A DNA stretch of 64,000 nucleotides from Candidatus Avelusimicrobium vaccinum (GCA_902794895.1 CADBIY010000005.1:1-64000); one strand, 5' to 3'. Counted from the first letter of the stretch, positions 18,469-28,845 are shown. The notes: generated from the letters alone by a model not told the origin. Made by a program: numbers and translations.

Positions 18469-21400
18469 TGAATGGTTAATGATGCCGTGGTATTACGCCC
18501 AAATACCGACGGATCATACATTTCACTGACCCAGGCACAGGGCCACGCAAATTCTCCGGCCGCCAATGCACTTACCGCATACGAATACGTGTAAGTACCC
18601 GCTGGCAAATAATCTGCAAACGCAGCGACATGTCCATCATATTTTTCTGCATGGGTAAAGTACGAAGCAGCATTGGCGTCGGATAAAGTATGTTGGAGTT
18701 GCCCGGACTCAGTTGCTAAAGACGGATTTACAATTTCTAATCCGGCGGGGACATAATCTTCCAGTACCACAAAGTGACGCGGGGCAGATGTCCGTACGGT
18801 AAGCGTAATTCGGTACCGTTCTCCGGCGTGTACGTGCTCAACAGGTTCCCCCGCCAGGGTAAGCAGTTGACGAGATACTTCAAAACCCGCTTGGATAGGA
18901 TGATCATAATGTTCCGGTGCATATACTTGGGCGAGCGAATAATACAAGGTACCGGCCCCTTTTTTAGCAAACACAAGGCGTGCTTCCGTGGATTGCGGAT
19001 AAATTTTTGCAAACGGAACAGTCTGGCTTTCGGCAGATGCATGACGTCCTTTAAAGGCAGCCGTCTGCCACACTTGTTCCCCTTGGCTGACTTGTGCTGT
19101 AAAATCCGGCTCAACCGATTCCGCCTGCTTATAGTAGGCTCCTAATGCACGAAGCACCACCGCGTTGGATTGCGTAGAGGGCCAATATCCCTGGGCACTG
19201 AGTTGTGTTAAAAGCCAAGATACACTTTGATAGGCATGTTCAAACGGTTGTTTCGTTTCCAACAAAGCATCCAACGCTAAAGCAGTGGTAGTTACGTCAT
19301 CTACAGGTAACCATTCCAAAGAAGAAGGCGTGCTAAAATACACGGAAGTGGGTGTATAAGTCGCCCGATTCAACAATTGTTGCGCCAATGCGGTTTGTAA
19401 ATTTGTGGCCCGTTTAGACACTTTCGCTTCTTTCAATAAATAAGCAACTGCCGCTAACGGCAAGGAATTTCTTTTGGCATACAAATTATTAAATAACGCA
19501 TCGGTATTTTGTCCATACAAAGCAAGCACATACGCCCCGTAAGCACGGGCAATTTCTGTTTCTTGTAACGAGTATGTATATGCCCGTCGCGCCTGCGCAT
19601 TAAAGGCTTCAGTAAGCCATGTTTGCGCCTTTTTTAAATTTGTTTCCGCAACGTGGTATCCCTGCTGCTTTGCCAAGTACGCTACTTCCAGGGCATAAGC
19701 GGTTGCATAAGGATCTGCTAAAGACGTATTTTTCCAATATCCAAAACCTCCGCCGGGAGTTTGATATAATGGCATTTGCTCCAGCACCTGTTGTGCTTTT
19801 TGCTTTAAATCGGCCACGTCTCCCAACTCAAAATCCCGAATTAAGTTTTCTGCCGTAATTACCGGTATTGATTTTGACAACTGCTGTTCCAAACAATCAA
19901 ACGGATACGTAAGTAAATATGTAAGCGCACCTTTTACTTGCAAGAGTGCCGTAGATGCCAGGGATAACTCTACTTGGTTTTTAGCCAGCGGACTGACAGA
20001 CCCCGGTTTATCAATCAACTCTTCCCGACGTGAATCTGTAGATCCGTATACCGCGAGTGTTTGTAATTTCTCAACCGGTTCTATGGGAAGTTTTGCCAGC
20101 ATACCGTCGGTTTCTTTCCCTTTTCCGGCAACCCGGAAAGCAATTTCCGCCTGACCAGGCCGCAAGGCCTTACAGTTCCAAGTTACTTCCTTGGCTTGCC
20201 CTAAAGGAACATAAACCGTTTGCGTGGTTTCGCCGGTTAGTTCCACCGTGCCGGCCGATTGGGCAGAAACCGTTAAAATACCTTTTTTGTCTTCGTAGTT
20301 ATAAACGATGGCTCCGCACCGGAATTGATCACCACTACGCGCCAACCGAGGCAAATTAGCACTAATCATAAGCGGTTTAGATACCCGGATAAACGTTTCC
20401 GCCGCCCCAAATTCATCAGCCCGTGCAGCAACGGCCATGATACGGAATTTCGTCAAATTGTCCGGCAATTTAAAATGCACTTCACCGCGCCCTTTGGCAT
20501 TGGTAAGCACCGTCGCATTAAAATACGGAACAAACGAAAAATGGCTGCGTAAATCAACACCGCCGAGTTTAGATTGCGAAGAACCGCCTCCGCCGCGGTT
20601 TTCCCCTTTTTCCCCAAAATTACGTTGTCCGATTACGTACGAACGGTTATCGGCCGTAAATACAGAAAGAGGTACCGCGCGGTAAAACACACTAAATAAA
20701 TCCGGTGTTTTATAATTGGTAAGCGCTAGCATTCCTTCATCTACAACCATTACAGTTACTTCCGCCGACACAGGTTTCCCGGCGGCTTTGGTGGTCAGTT
20801 GAAGGGTTACTTCATCCCCGGGGCGGAAGGCCGTTTGATTAGGCTTTAAGGATACCTGAATTTTCTTTTTTTCCGGGGCAACATTTAACGATACATAGCC
20901 GGTTCTACCCTGTGGTTTTCCCAAATCCAGGTCTTTATCGTTCACCGGTTCGGCAGAACGGCCGCGTACGAGTGTAACACCCACATAGACATTAGGCAAG
21001 TAATTATCCTTTATTGGAACCTCAATCGTACTATTTCCTTTTTTAACCAAAGTTACCCACGCATCTAAAATACCTTCCCGTTCCACGGTTACCAAAGCAA
21101 ACGCTTGTTCATACGGGGATTGTACCTGAATACGCGCTTTTTGACCCGGCTTATAGGAGTTTTTATCTTGTTTTAACGTTAATAAATCATCTTCATTCTG
21201 CCGCCAATAGATTTCCCCTTCACCGGAAACATATACATCAAAACCACCTAAAGCAGTGCGACCGTTACCGTCTTTAGCAGCGAATGTAATCTGATAATTT
21301 CCACCTTCCTGCGGTGTAAATTCAAATTTTCCGTCTTTCGCCGCGGATACTTCAAACGACTGCGCCGGAAGTTCAGTTTCCTGTTTTTCGCTGATCCATT

Positions 21401-24116
21401 CCAAGCGGCCGGAAACACCCGTTTTACGAACGCTGTACCATTGAATTTTGCGAATCGTGGCCACTATCTGAGCGGCAACACGTTTACCGTCCGGCGTAAT
21501 GGCAATTACTTCGGCCTGTACAGGTTGCCCGGCTTGTGCACGGTCCGTAAGCAGTTTCGTACCCAGATAGAATGATGCCGGATGTAACCGGACGGACGTA
21601 CGGGCAAATAAATCTTGCTTGGCGGGCGATTGTACCCCAACTTCCGCAAAAATATCCGTCGGCATTGTTACAGCCGGTAATGGTGCCGCAAAAGAGAGCG
21701 TACCTTGATCATCTGTTTTTCCCGTACCGCTGGCAATCTGTTTGCCGTTTTCCTGATATTCATTTTCGCGTAAGAAATATGGAATAAACCGGTAATCTTC
21801 AAAACCTTTCGGTTCAAACCAGGCCATTTCCCGGTGCAAAGACCACTTGGCGGCTGCTTTCGCCAACGGGGCCCCGAAATTATATAAGGCAGCCGCCGAA
21901 AAAGAAGCCGTTTCTCCCCCTTGATAATTTTGCTTGCTTGGGTGTAGTGTAATTTCAAAATCAGCCTGTTTGACGGCTTCCACCCGGACGGACAAATACG
22001 TAGCAACCGGATCACTATCCCCCTTCACTTGCGGCACAAACGAAAGTTCCCAATCGCCGGTGCGAGCCGTTTGCGGAATTTGAAATTCCGTATTAAAACT
22101 GCCTTGCCGGGAAAGCGTAATTGGACGGGAAGCGATTTCTTCGCCGTGGCTATCCGTTAACGTTAATTTACCGGTTAAACCTTCCGGAACGGTCCACCCG
22201 TTTACCTCCAAACTCCGTGTAACCCCTTTCACGTACATGGTTTCTCCGGGGCGGTAAATACCGCGTTCGGTAAATAATTCCGTGCGTAGCGTATCCTGTT
22301 GCGGGCTGTAAGAATAAGGCACATTAAAACGCCATAATTCCATACCGTCATTGAGTTCGTTACTCAGAAAAGCATCCCCACCTTCACTGGAAATAAAAGC
22401 ATAAACCGCAGGCTGTCCCCACGACGGTTTTTTCACTCCCAATTTTTCCCAACCGGGTGCCAAGGCAATCCCCTGTTCATTTGTGATACCGCGCCAAAGT
22501 ACTTTATTTGAAGAGTCACGCAATTCCACTTCTTTGCCGGGCAACGGTTCTCCCGTTTTTAAGGACGTTGTCCATAGCAACGTAGATTGGAACGAAGTTT
22601 TCAGCGTAACCCCTACGTCCGTAATATTACTGGTGGCACTCACCCAACAATGTTTGTCATCTCCTCGGCGGGGCAAATTAACTTGAGTAAAAATAATACT
22701 GTCTTGTGCAGTGGGTTGAAAACGGGATAAATCAAAAAAAGTTTTTAACGTTTTATCTAGGATTTTGGTAAAGGTATAATTTCCCTCATACGTAGGATGT
22801 TGCAACCCATGCGGCTCACAATAACGGGTTTCTTCTTGTAAGAACGGGACGTAATTGGCTTTATTGAACCGGGCGGCGCGCACCGGCAACGAAGACACAT
22901 TCATCACTTCAATCGGTAAGCGCGGCGGCAAATAACTTTCCAACACGCCAAAACCGCCGGAAAATTCCGTAGCCGGGCAATACCCGGTATTTTCTATGGT
23001 AAACGAATAATCTTGCCCGAGCCGATTACCATAAATATCACGCAATTCTTTGGAAATAGTTACTTGGACCGGTTTTTTAGCAGGGAGATTTAAAAAAGAA
23101 AGCGGCGTAAAGAAGAAGGCCGTTCCTTGTTTCAGGTCTTCTTCCGTAAGCCCGTAATTTTTTTGATAGTTAGCGCGTTGGCCTTCACTTATTTTTTCTC
23201 CGGCGGGGATGACCACTTCACTTCCTAAATAATCCGTTTCGCGTTCCGCAAGCGGACGCAACACATTTTCCGGCGACACTTTCATAGAGGCCACCAATTC
23301 GCGCAACCGCACCGGGGAAGAAAACCGGATCCCCGGATTAAAGGGCAAACATCCTTGGGAAACTACCCCTTGCACGGCTAACAGCGGATAGGTAAAAAAT
23401 TCGGTGGTATATGCCGATTTCATCCCCAGCGGGCCGGAAGACGACAAAAGCCCCTTTAAAAAAGTAAGGGTGTACCGTTGGCCCGGCCGGAGCGTTTGCA
23501 ACGGATGTAACACAGCTTGCTGATTTTTAGGAGTATATTTAAAATCTTTTTCCCATTCGGCCTCCGTCAATGCGCGCGAAGAAAGCGGAATATGATTTCC
23601 CTCTTCATCTGCCAAAATAGCATAATTTGTCAGTTTTTCCGCCTCAACAGGTAATGTAAATTCCACATAAAACGTAGGAGTTAAGTTAATCCAACGTTCC
23701 TGGTTACGGGGCAACACATTACGCACTTGCGGAGTTTGGGTAGAAAATGTAAACGTATACGGGGATGTTAATTTTTGGCCGGACACACGGGAAGTGAAAC
23801 CTTTGCGAATCGTAACGGTAAACTGCGTGGCTTGCGGCCAGTTTTCAGCAGGTTCAAATTGCAAGGTCTGCGTTCCGCTGTAACGGCACGTTCCCGCCAC
23901 GTTAGGCGTAATGGTCAGCGGGCAATTGCCGGATGCAAACTGGGTGGCTTCCGCCAAAGCAGTAACCGGCTGGTTAAAGGTAACGGTAACGGCTTGACGG
24001 CCGGAAGCGCTGTCCAAGCCGCGCGGAGCCGCCGATAACACCCTGAGCGGAGCGGCAAAAACAACTCCCGCTAAACAACAAAGTAAACTCGTTAAAGCAA
24101 TTTGTCTTTTAAACAT
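18465..24116 (-). CDS. Bacterial alpha-2-macroglobulin family protein (YfhM-like) with thioester motif
   Basis: 1883 aa with an N-terminal signal peptide. Thioester CLEQ sits in YPFDCLEQQLSK. It lies immediately upstream of, and is coupled to, pbpC as in the known yfhM-pbpC arrangement. Confidence 0.85.
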   Translation of the reverse strand: MFKRQIALTSLLCCLAGVVFAAPLRVLSAAPRGLDSASGRQAVTVTFNQPVTALAEATQFASGNCPLTITPNVAGTCRYSGTQTLQFEPAENWPQATQFTVTIRKGFTSRVSGQKLTSPYTFTFSTQTPQVRNVLPRNQERWINLTPTFYVEFTLPVEAEKLTNYAILADEEGNHIPLSSRALTEAEWEKDFKYTPKNQQAVLHPLQTLRPGQRYTLTFLKGLLSSSGPLGMKSAYTTEFFTYPLLAVQGVVSQGCLPFNPGIRFSSPVRLRELVASMKVSPENVLRPLAERETDYLGSEVVIPAGEKISEGQRANYQKNYGLTEEDLKQGTAFFFTPLSFLNLPAKKPVQVTISKELRDIYGNRLGQDYSFTIENTGYCPATEFSGGFGVLESYLPPRLPIEVMNVSSLPVRAARFNKANYVPFLQEETRYCEPHGLQHPTYEGNYTFTKILDKTLKTFFDLSRFQPTAQDSIIFTQVNLPRRGDDKHCWVSATSNITDVGVTLKTSFQSTLLWTTSLKTGEPLPGKEVELRDSSNKVLWRGITNEQGIALAPGWEKLGVKKPSWGQPAVYAFISSEGGDAFLSNELNDGMELWRFNVPYSYSPQQDTLRTELFTERGIYRPGETMYVKGVTRSLEVNGWTVPEGLTGKLTLTDSHGEEIASRPITLSRQGSFNTEFQIPQTARTGDWELSFVPQVKGDSDPVATYLSVRVEAVKQADFEITLHPSKQNYQGGETASFSAAALYNFGAPLAKAAAKWSLHREMAWFEPKGFEDYRFIPYFLRENEYQENGKQIASGTGKTDDQGTLSFAAPLPAVTMPTDIFAEVGVQSPAKQDLFARTSVRLHPASFYLGTKLLTDRAQAGQPVQAEVIAITPDGKRVAAQIVATIRKIQWYSVRKTGVSGRLEWISEKQETELPAQSFEVSAAKDGKFEFTPQEGGNYQITFAAKDGNGRTALGGFDVYVSGEGEIYWRQNEDDLLTLKQDKNSYKPGQKARIQVQSPYEQAFALVTVEREGILDAWVTLVKKGNSTIEVPIKDNYLPNVYVGVTLVRGRSAEPVNDKDLDLGKPQGRTGYVSLNVAPEKKKIQVSLKPNQTAFRPGDEVTLQLTTKAAGKPVSAEVTVMVVDEGMLALTNYKTPDLFSVFYRAVPLSVFTADNRSYVIGQRNFGEKGENRGGGGSSQSKLGGVDLRSHFSFVPYFNATVLTNAKGRGEVHFKLPDNLTKFRIMAVAARADEFGAAETFIRVSKPLMISANLPRLARSGDQFRCGAIVYNYEDKKGILTVSAQSAGTVELTGETTQTVYVPLGQAKEVTWNCKALRPGQAEIAFRVAGKGKETDGMLAKLPIEPVEKLQTLAVYGSTDSRREELIDKPGSVSPLAKNQVELSLASTALLQVKGALTYLLTYPFDCLEQQLSKSIPVITAENLIRDFELGDVADLKQKAQQVLEQMPLYQTPGGGFGYWKNTSLADPYATAYALEVAYLAKQQGYHVAETNLKKAQTWLTEAFNAQARRAYTYSLQETEIARAYGAYVLALYGQNTDALFNNLYAKRNSLPLAAVAYLLKEAKVSKRATNLQTALAQQLLNRATYTPTSVYFSTPSSLEWLPVDDVTTTALALDALLETKQPFEHAYQSVSWLLTQLSAQGYWPSTQSNAVVLRALGAYYKQAESVEPDFTAQVSQGEQVWQTAAFKGRHASAESQTVPFAKIYPQSTEARLVFAKKGAGTLYYSLAQVYAPEHYDHPIQAGFEVSRQLLTLAGEPVEHVHAGERYRITLTVRTSAPRHFVVLEDYVPAGLEIVNPSLATESGQLQHTLSDANAASYFTHAEKYDGHVAAFADYLPAGTYTYSYAVSALAAGEFAWPCAWVSEMYDPSVFGRNTTASLTIQ

Positions 24117-24121
24117 AAAAA

Positions 24122-24169
24122 TCTCCCCGGATTAAGTTACTTTTATTGTAGCATTTTAACCCGGGGAGA
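24122..24169 (-). terminator. Hairpin/terminator downstream of the Cys-rich protein gene; its 3' arm and U-run overlap the A2M SD and start
   Basis: 9-bp stem TCTCCCCGG/CCGGGGAGA with a 30-nt loop. On the minus strand it is followed by ATTTTTATG. Confidence 0.4.
24145..24153 (-). promoter_or_regulatory. Extended -10 TGCTACAAT for the A2M-pbpC operon, located inside the hairpin loop
   Basis: Minus strand TGCTACAAT about 28 nt upstream of the ATG at 24116. SD GGGGAGA lies downstream of it. Confidence 0.4.
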
Positions 24170-24201
24170 AATAGAATAAATGAGGTTAATCAATGAGCGG
24201 C

Positions 24202-25251
24202 TTAGAGAGGAACAGCCTTGAAAATACGTACAATTAGACCTGAGTAATAATAATCATCGTTTGGACCACAAGCGGTGGGGGCGGCCCCTTGATGATAAAG
24301 GTAGCACCACTTGTTTGCTACGGCTACCCCGCAGCTTTCAGAGGAAACCAAACCTAAACTTGCAACACTTTTAACGACAACGGATGCCCCCGTTTCACTA
24401 TGCCAGCAATTACTGTTCCGAAGCTCACATGTTACGTCTTTATTCAAACAGCTGGGCAAGTCTATGCACCTCATACGACAATTCGACGACGAGGAAGCTC
24501 CAGCAGTAACCTCTTCCCATCCATAGATTTCAAGCGTCGGCGAAGATCCTGCTGTTCCTTTATATCCTAATAATTGAACAGACAGTTTATTGTTTGTACA
24601 ATTTGTAGCATTTCCTTTACAGGCCTCCCGCAGTTTCCACTCTAATTTCTCGCTCGAGTTAGGATTAAATCCGGCGTATGGAATATCTCCCCCCGCCAAA
24701 TAAAAACCTTGGGTAGTTTGTGGATCTCGATTGTTGTTCTTAATCAAGTCCCCCGCAGAAGTACCCGTTATTGATAATATATTATTGGTGGTATTCACAG
24801 TGCCCGCATACGCCCGCAAGTTGTTTTTGGCATTGTCATTATCAAACTTTTGGATATAAGAATCGTTCCCAAAAGTAGCATCTCCCCCTTGCGCAGTGAT
24901 GGTAAGATCCGTATTGGGATCCAGGGAAGTTGCGGCGCTATACGACGTGCCAAACGTTCCGTCGTTTTGATCCAATCCAATAAATGTCGTATCTCTCATG
25001 TCAATTTTACCTGTGCCGGATAAATTTCCTAAGTAGTGAAACCTATCGTTGTAAAGTAATTTAAGGTTCCCGCTTTTTGTAACCGTTAGATTATTAATTC
25101 CGGTTAATCCGCCCATAAACGTTACACGGTCTGCAACCTTTAATTGGTCATATCTTCCCAAACGGGACGGATTATAACTGATCATAGACACCGTCTCCGC
25201 CGATAAGGGGAGTACACACCCCATCAGTAGTAAAAAATAAATTTTTTTCAT
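24202..25251 (-). CDS. Exported hypothetical protein with N/T/G-rich repeats and a Cys-rich C-terminal region
   Basis: Signal peptide MKKIYFLLLMGCVLPLSA. About 14 Cys in the last ~140 residues. SD AAGGAGA upstream. No family recognised. Confidence 0.6.
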   Translation of the reverse strand: MKKIYFLLLMGCVLPLSAETVSMISYNPSRLGRYDQLKVADRVTFMGGLTGINNLTVTKSGNLKLLYNDRFHYLGNLSGTGKIDMRDTTFIGLDQNDGTFGTSYSAATSLDPNTDLTITAQGGDATFGNDSYIQKFDNDNAKNNLRAYAGTVNTTNNILSITGTSAGDLIKNNNRDPQTTQGFYLAGGDIPYAGFNPNSSEKLEWKLREACKGNATNCTNNKLSVQLLGYKGTAGSSPTLEIYGWEEVTAGASSSSNCRMRCIDLPSCLNKDVTCELRNSNCWHSETGASVVVKSVASLGLVSSESCGVAVANKWCYLYHQGAAPTACGPNDDYYYSGLIVRIFKAVPL

Positions 25252-25350
25252 AAAATTCTCCTTATATACCTCATAATAAGTTTACAAGATGAAACGAAAA
25301 AAAACAAGCCTTTTTTTGTAAAATAATAAGTACCCGGGAATTCTTTAATT

Positions 25351-26712
25351 ATGCCTAGTGTTACCAAAAACCCATTTAAAGATAAAAAACTTTCTGCTTT
25401 GCTGATTAAGTTTTCCGCACCGGCCGTAGCCGGTATGTTTGTCAACGCGTTATACAATATTATTTCCCGTATCTATGTAGGGCAGGATGTGGGAGCCGAC
25501 GGGTTAGCCGGCATTACTATTTTATTTCCGCTGGGAATGATTTACATGGGTTTTAGCGCACTAATCGGGGTAGGCAGCAATGCCCTGTTTTCCATCCGGC
25601 TCGGCGAAAAAAGAACCCTGGAAGCACACCGTATTTTGGGAAACGGGTTTGTGATGCTTTCGTTAGTTTCCACGGCACTTACGCTGCTTGCTTATTTATT
25701 TTTAGATCCTTTTCTCTCGCTCCTAGGGGCCGATCCGCAAATTCTTCCCTATGCAAAAGATTATGCCTCTGTTGTATTGCCCGGATATATGTTATTTGGT
25801 ATCGGAGCCGGCATGAACCATTTTATCCGCTCCTCCGGTCGCCCCAAAACAGCGATGGCAACCCAATTTATCGGGGCCTTTATCAACCTTGCACTCGGCC
25901 CCGTTTTTATTTTTGGGTTGCATTGGGGAATCCGCGGAGCGGCGGCAGCCACTGTCTGCGGGCAGTTAGTTTCCTTTGCGTGGGTCATGTTATTCTTTAC
26001 CAGTAAACGCAGTTTTTACCGGTTGCGCCTTAAATATTGTGCACTTAAAAAACATATTGTTTGGGGTAGCATGGCCATTGGATTTTCCCAATTTGCTTTT
26101 CAACTGGCTTCCAGTTTTTTAAATGTGATTCTCAACCATGCTTTATTACGTTATGGCGGGAATTTGGCTATTTCAGCAGTCGGGATTGCGGTAAGCGTAA
26201 ATACCTTGATTGTGATGCCGCTTTTTGGCATTTCCCAGGGGGCACAGCCGTTAATCGGCTATAATTACGGGGCCCGGAAATTTTCTACCGCCATTCATAC
26301 GCTTAAAATGGCTATACGTTGGGGAACGGTCATTACCACCGTCGGATTTGTATTCATTGAACTTTTTGCCGTCCAAGTGGCTTCCGTTTTTAATGCCCAG
26401 GATACGGCTTTAATTACCCTATCGGCCCGGGTACTGCGGATTTTTAATATTTTATTACCGATTATCGCTTTACAAGTAATGGCAACCAGTTTCTTCCAAG
26501 CCATTAACCAACCTTTAAAAGCGGCTTTTTTGAGTTTATCCCGCCAAGTATTATTGGTTTTACCCTTGGTCCTTATTTTGCCTCTATTTTTGGGATTAGA
26601 CGGCGTATTTTTAGCCCCGGTCGTGGCGGATGCCATTTCCACGATAATAGCGGTATACCTCTTGCAACGTTTTTTTGTGCAACACGGTCAAACGCTTTGG
26701 TTCAAAAAATAG
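25351..26712 (+). CDS. MATE family efflux transporter
   Basis: 453 aa, ~12 hydrophobic spans, and an N-terminal KFSAPAVAGMFVNALYNIISRIYVGQ segment typical of MATE. Confidence 0.85.
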   Translation: MPSVTKNPFKDKKLSALLIKFSAPAVAGMFVNALYNIISRIYVGQDVGADGLAGITILFPLGMIYMGFSALIGVGSNALFSIRLGEKRTLEAHRILGNGFVMLSLVSTALTLLAYLFLDPFLSLLGADPQILPYAKDYASVVLPGYMLFGIGAGMNHFIRSSGRPKTAMATQFIGAFINLALGPVFIFGLHWGIRGAAAATVCGQLVSFAWVMLFFTSKRSFYRLRLKYCALKKHIVWGSMAIGFSQFAFQLASSFLNVILNHALLRYGGNLAISAVGIAVSVNTLIVMPLFGISQGAQPLIGYNYGARKFSTAIHTLKMAIRWGTVITTVGFVFIELFAVQVASVFNAQDTALITLSARVLRIFNILLPIIALQVMATSFFQAINQPLKAAFLSLSRQVLLVLPLVLILPLFLGLDGVFLAPVVADAISTIIAVYLLQRFFVQHGQTLWFKK

Positions 26713-26985
26713 ACATCCTCTGCCTACTAGCCTAGGACTTAATCCCTTCTTAACTGCCTGCCACACGCGACTTCCCACATTTTGTGCTTGCTGTTTTGCT
26801 GTTTTGCTGTTTTGCTGTTTTTACACAAATCATCATTCCAAACTTGATTTGGAATCTTCCGCTTTTGCCGTTGCTGTTTCATAACAACCACAACATCCGT
26901 TGAAGATCCTGAATCAAGTTCAGGATGACTTTATGATTTATCTTAACGGCCCCCCCGGCCCAACGCAATGTTTTCTCACAGAATA
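26713..26985 (+). repeat. Intergenic structured repeat, copy C (core 26832-26929), with a TTGCTGTT x4 expansion at 26788-26819
   Basis: Same core and orientation as copies A and B. The right end reads CTTAACGGCCCCCCCGGCC...TTTTCTCACAGAATAA. Lies between convergent MATE and nadB. Confidence 0.85.
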
Positions 26986-27019
26986 AAAGACGGCCGAACG
27001 TCTGTCCGGCCGTCTTTTT
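26985..27019. terminator. Bidirectional terminator 3' of nadB
   Basis: AAAA-GACGGCCG-(loop)-CGGCCGTC-TTTTT. Confidence 0.65.
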
Positions 27020-27034
27020 CAGTCACTAAACATT

Positions 27035-28582
27035 TTACTTATCGGTTAAATAATGGCACCCCACCGAACGCTTATTTTTTAAAGCCGCATAGGTAATCAG
27101 CAACGCGGTTTGGGTTCCGTTGCGCAAGTCCAACAGTTCCTGGCATAACGCAGTTCCTTTATAGAAAAGATCAATCTCGTTATGCAAGTGGCGTAAGATT
27201 TTTTCCGCGCGCCCCAAATGTTTCGCACTGCGAATGAGCCCCACATAATTCCACATGGTACTGCGCAAGGTGGATAAATCCTGCTTAATTAAATTTAAGT
27301 CCGGTTCTCCAACAGGCAATACCCATTCCTTGGGTTGCGGGATGTAAAATGTTTCCCGCGCAATATCCTGTGCATCCGCTTGTGCACACAAATACCCCAT
27401 GCCAACTGCTTCTAATAATGAAGTACTGGCTAAACGGTTAGCACCATGGTAACCGGTACAAGCCGTTTCCCCAATAGCATTTAAATGCAAGATATTGGTG
27501 CGCCCGTGCGGAGTCGCAAAAATACCTCCGCAAAAATAATGGGCCGCCGGAACTACCGGCACCGGTTGTTTGGTAAGATCAAATCCTTCTTCCAAACATT
27601 TTTTGTAAATGGCCGGAAAACGCTCCTTCGTTTCTTGTGCCGGGCGGTGCGAAATATCTAAATAGACGCAATCATGCGATGTCTCCAACCGTTCCTGCTC
27701 AATGGCCCGGGCCACAATGTCACGTGGCGCCAAATCTTTCAGGGCATGATACCGCGGCATAAAGGCTTCCCCGCGCACGTTACGCAAAACAGCCCCTTCT
27801 CCGCGCAGGGCTTCACTTAATAAAAAACTTTTCCCCTTTGCAAATACCGTCGGATGGAATTGCACAAATTCCATATTCATCACCCGGGCACCCACCCGGT
27901 AAGCCATGGCAATTCCATGCCCGTAAGCATGCGCCGCATTGGTAGTATGCCGGTAAATCTGCCCGACTCCACCCGTAGCTAAAATTGTTTTCTTTGCGGT
28001 AACGGCAAATACTTCCTTCGTTTTATTATCCAACACATACGCACCAAATACCGTAAGCGGATAATAACGGTCTATTAAATGAGGAGAACTATGCGATAAG
28101 GTTAATAAATCAATCGCCGAAGCATATTCATGCACCGTAATGAGCGGATTCTTAGCTATCGCCGCCTGCAAGGCCGACAACATTGCATGCCCCGTAGTGT
28201 CTTTAGAATAAATAATCCTGTTTTTGCGGTGTGCCCCTTCCCGCGTAAAACGCAGTTTCTGTTTTTCGTCCCGGTCAAAATTCACGTGAATATCGTTTAG
28301 AAAAATTTCTTGTACTGCTTGGCAACCGGCTTCCGATAAAGTACGTACTGCCGGTTCATTACATAAGCCGGCGGTTGCCATTTTAACATCTGCTAATAAA
28401 TCGTCCATTTGCAAGTTGGGTTCGTACACAATCCCCCCTTGCGCCAAATCACTATTTGCCGTAGGCAAATCCCCACAACAAAGCAGATAGGTATGCAGTC
28501 CTTTTTTAGCCGCTTGATGTGCATATACGCAGCCGGCAATTCCGGCTCCGATCACTAAACAATCCGTATGAATTACTTTCAT
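27035..28582 (-). CDS. nadB: L-aspartate oxidase
   Basis: DCLVIGAGIAG FAD motif. Succinate dehydrogenase/fumarate reductase flavoprotein-like core of ~515 aa. The start is placed at MKVIHTD (28582) because TATAAT lies 6 nt upstream. Confidence 0.9.
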   Translation of the reverse strand: MKVIHTDCLVIGAGIAGCVYAHQAAKKGLHTYLLCCGDLPTANSDLAQGGIVYEPNLQMDDLLADVKMATAGLCNEPAVRTLSEAGCQAVQEIFLNDIHVNFDRDEKQKLRFTREGAHRKNRIIYSKDTTGHAMLSALQAAIAKNPLITVHEYASAIDLLTLSHSSPHLIDRYYPLTVFGAYVLDNKTKEVFAVTAKKTILATGGVGQIYRHTTNAAHAYGHGIAMAYRVGARVMNMEFVQFHPTVFAKGKSFLLSEALRGEGAVLRNVRGEAFMPRYHALKDLAPRDIVARAIEQERLETSHDCVYLDISHRPAQETKERFPAIYKKCLEEGFDLTKQPVPVVPAAHYFCGGIFATPHGRTNILHLNAIGETACTGYHGANRLASTSLLEAVGMGYLCAQADAQDIARETFYIPQPKEWVLPVGEPDLNLIKQDLSTLRSTMWNYVGLIRSAKHLGRAEKILRHLHNEIDLFYKGTALCQELLDLRNGTQTALLITYAALKNKRSVGCHYLTDK

Positions 28583-28588
28583 ATACAT

Positions 28589-28594
28589 ATTATA
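28589..28594 (-). promoter_or_regulatory. -10 TATAAT, 6 nt upstream of the nadB ATG at 28582 (leaderless candidate)
   Basis: Minus strand TATAAT-ATGTAT-ATGAAAGTA. Confidence 0.45.
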
Positions 28595-28752
28595 TAAAAC
28601 CTGGTTTTAAGTTGCTCAAAACGGCTTGCATCTTTGCTCCGGATATGTTATTATATCTGCCCAATTTTACAACGCCGCTTAAATTTGATATAATTTTTAA
28701 GTAAGATAAGAAGGATTCTCCTTATCTGTTCGTTTTTTAAAAGGAGAAAAAA

Positions 28753-28845
28753 ATGAGTAAAATGTTAGAACAAGTAGCCCGTGCACTCGTCATTTTAGGC
28801 GAAAATATCAGCGGGGCTAACTACATGATCCGCCGCAACAAATAG
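28753..28845 (+). CDS. Candidate 30-aa small protein (MSKMLEQVARALVILGENISGANYMIRRNK)
   Basis: Strong SD AAAAGGAGAAAAAAATG, an upstream TGATATAAT box at 28682-28690, and a terminator-like hairpin + T-run downstream (28871-28905). Below the ORF-track size cutoff. Confidence 0.45.
   Translation: MSKMLEQVARALVILGENISGANYMIRRNK

Noticed and set aside
18737-22686. Numerous 60-125-aa ORFs on both strands inside the alpha-2-macroglobulin gene
   Set aside because: All are nested in a continuous 1883-codon frame with recognisable A2M features. There is no independent evidence for any of them.
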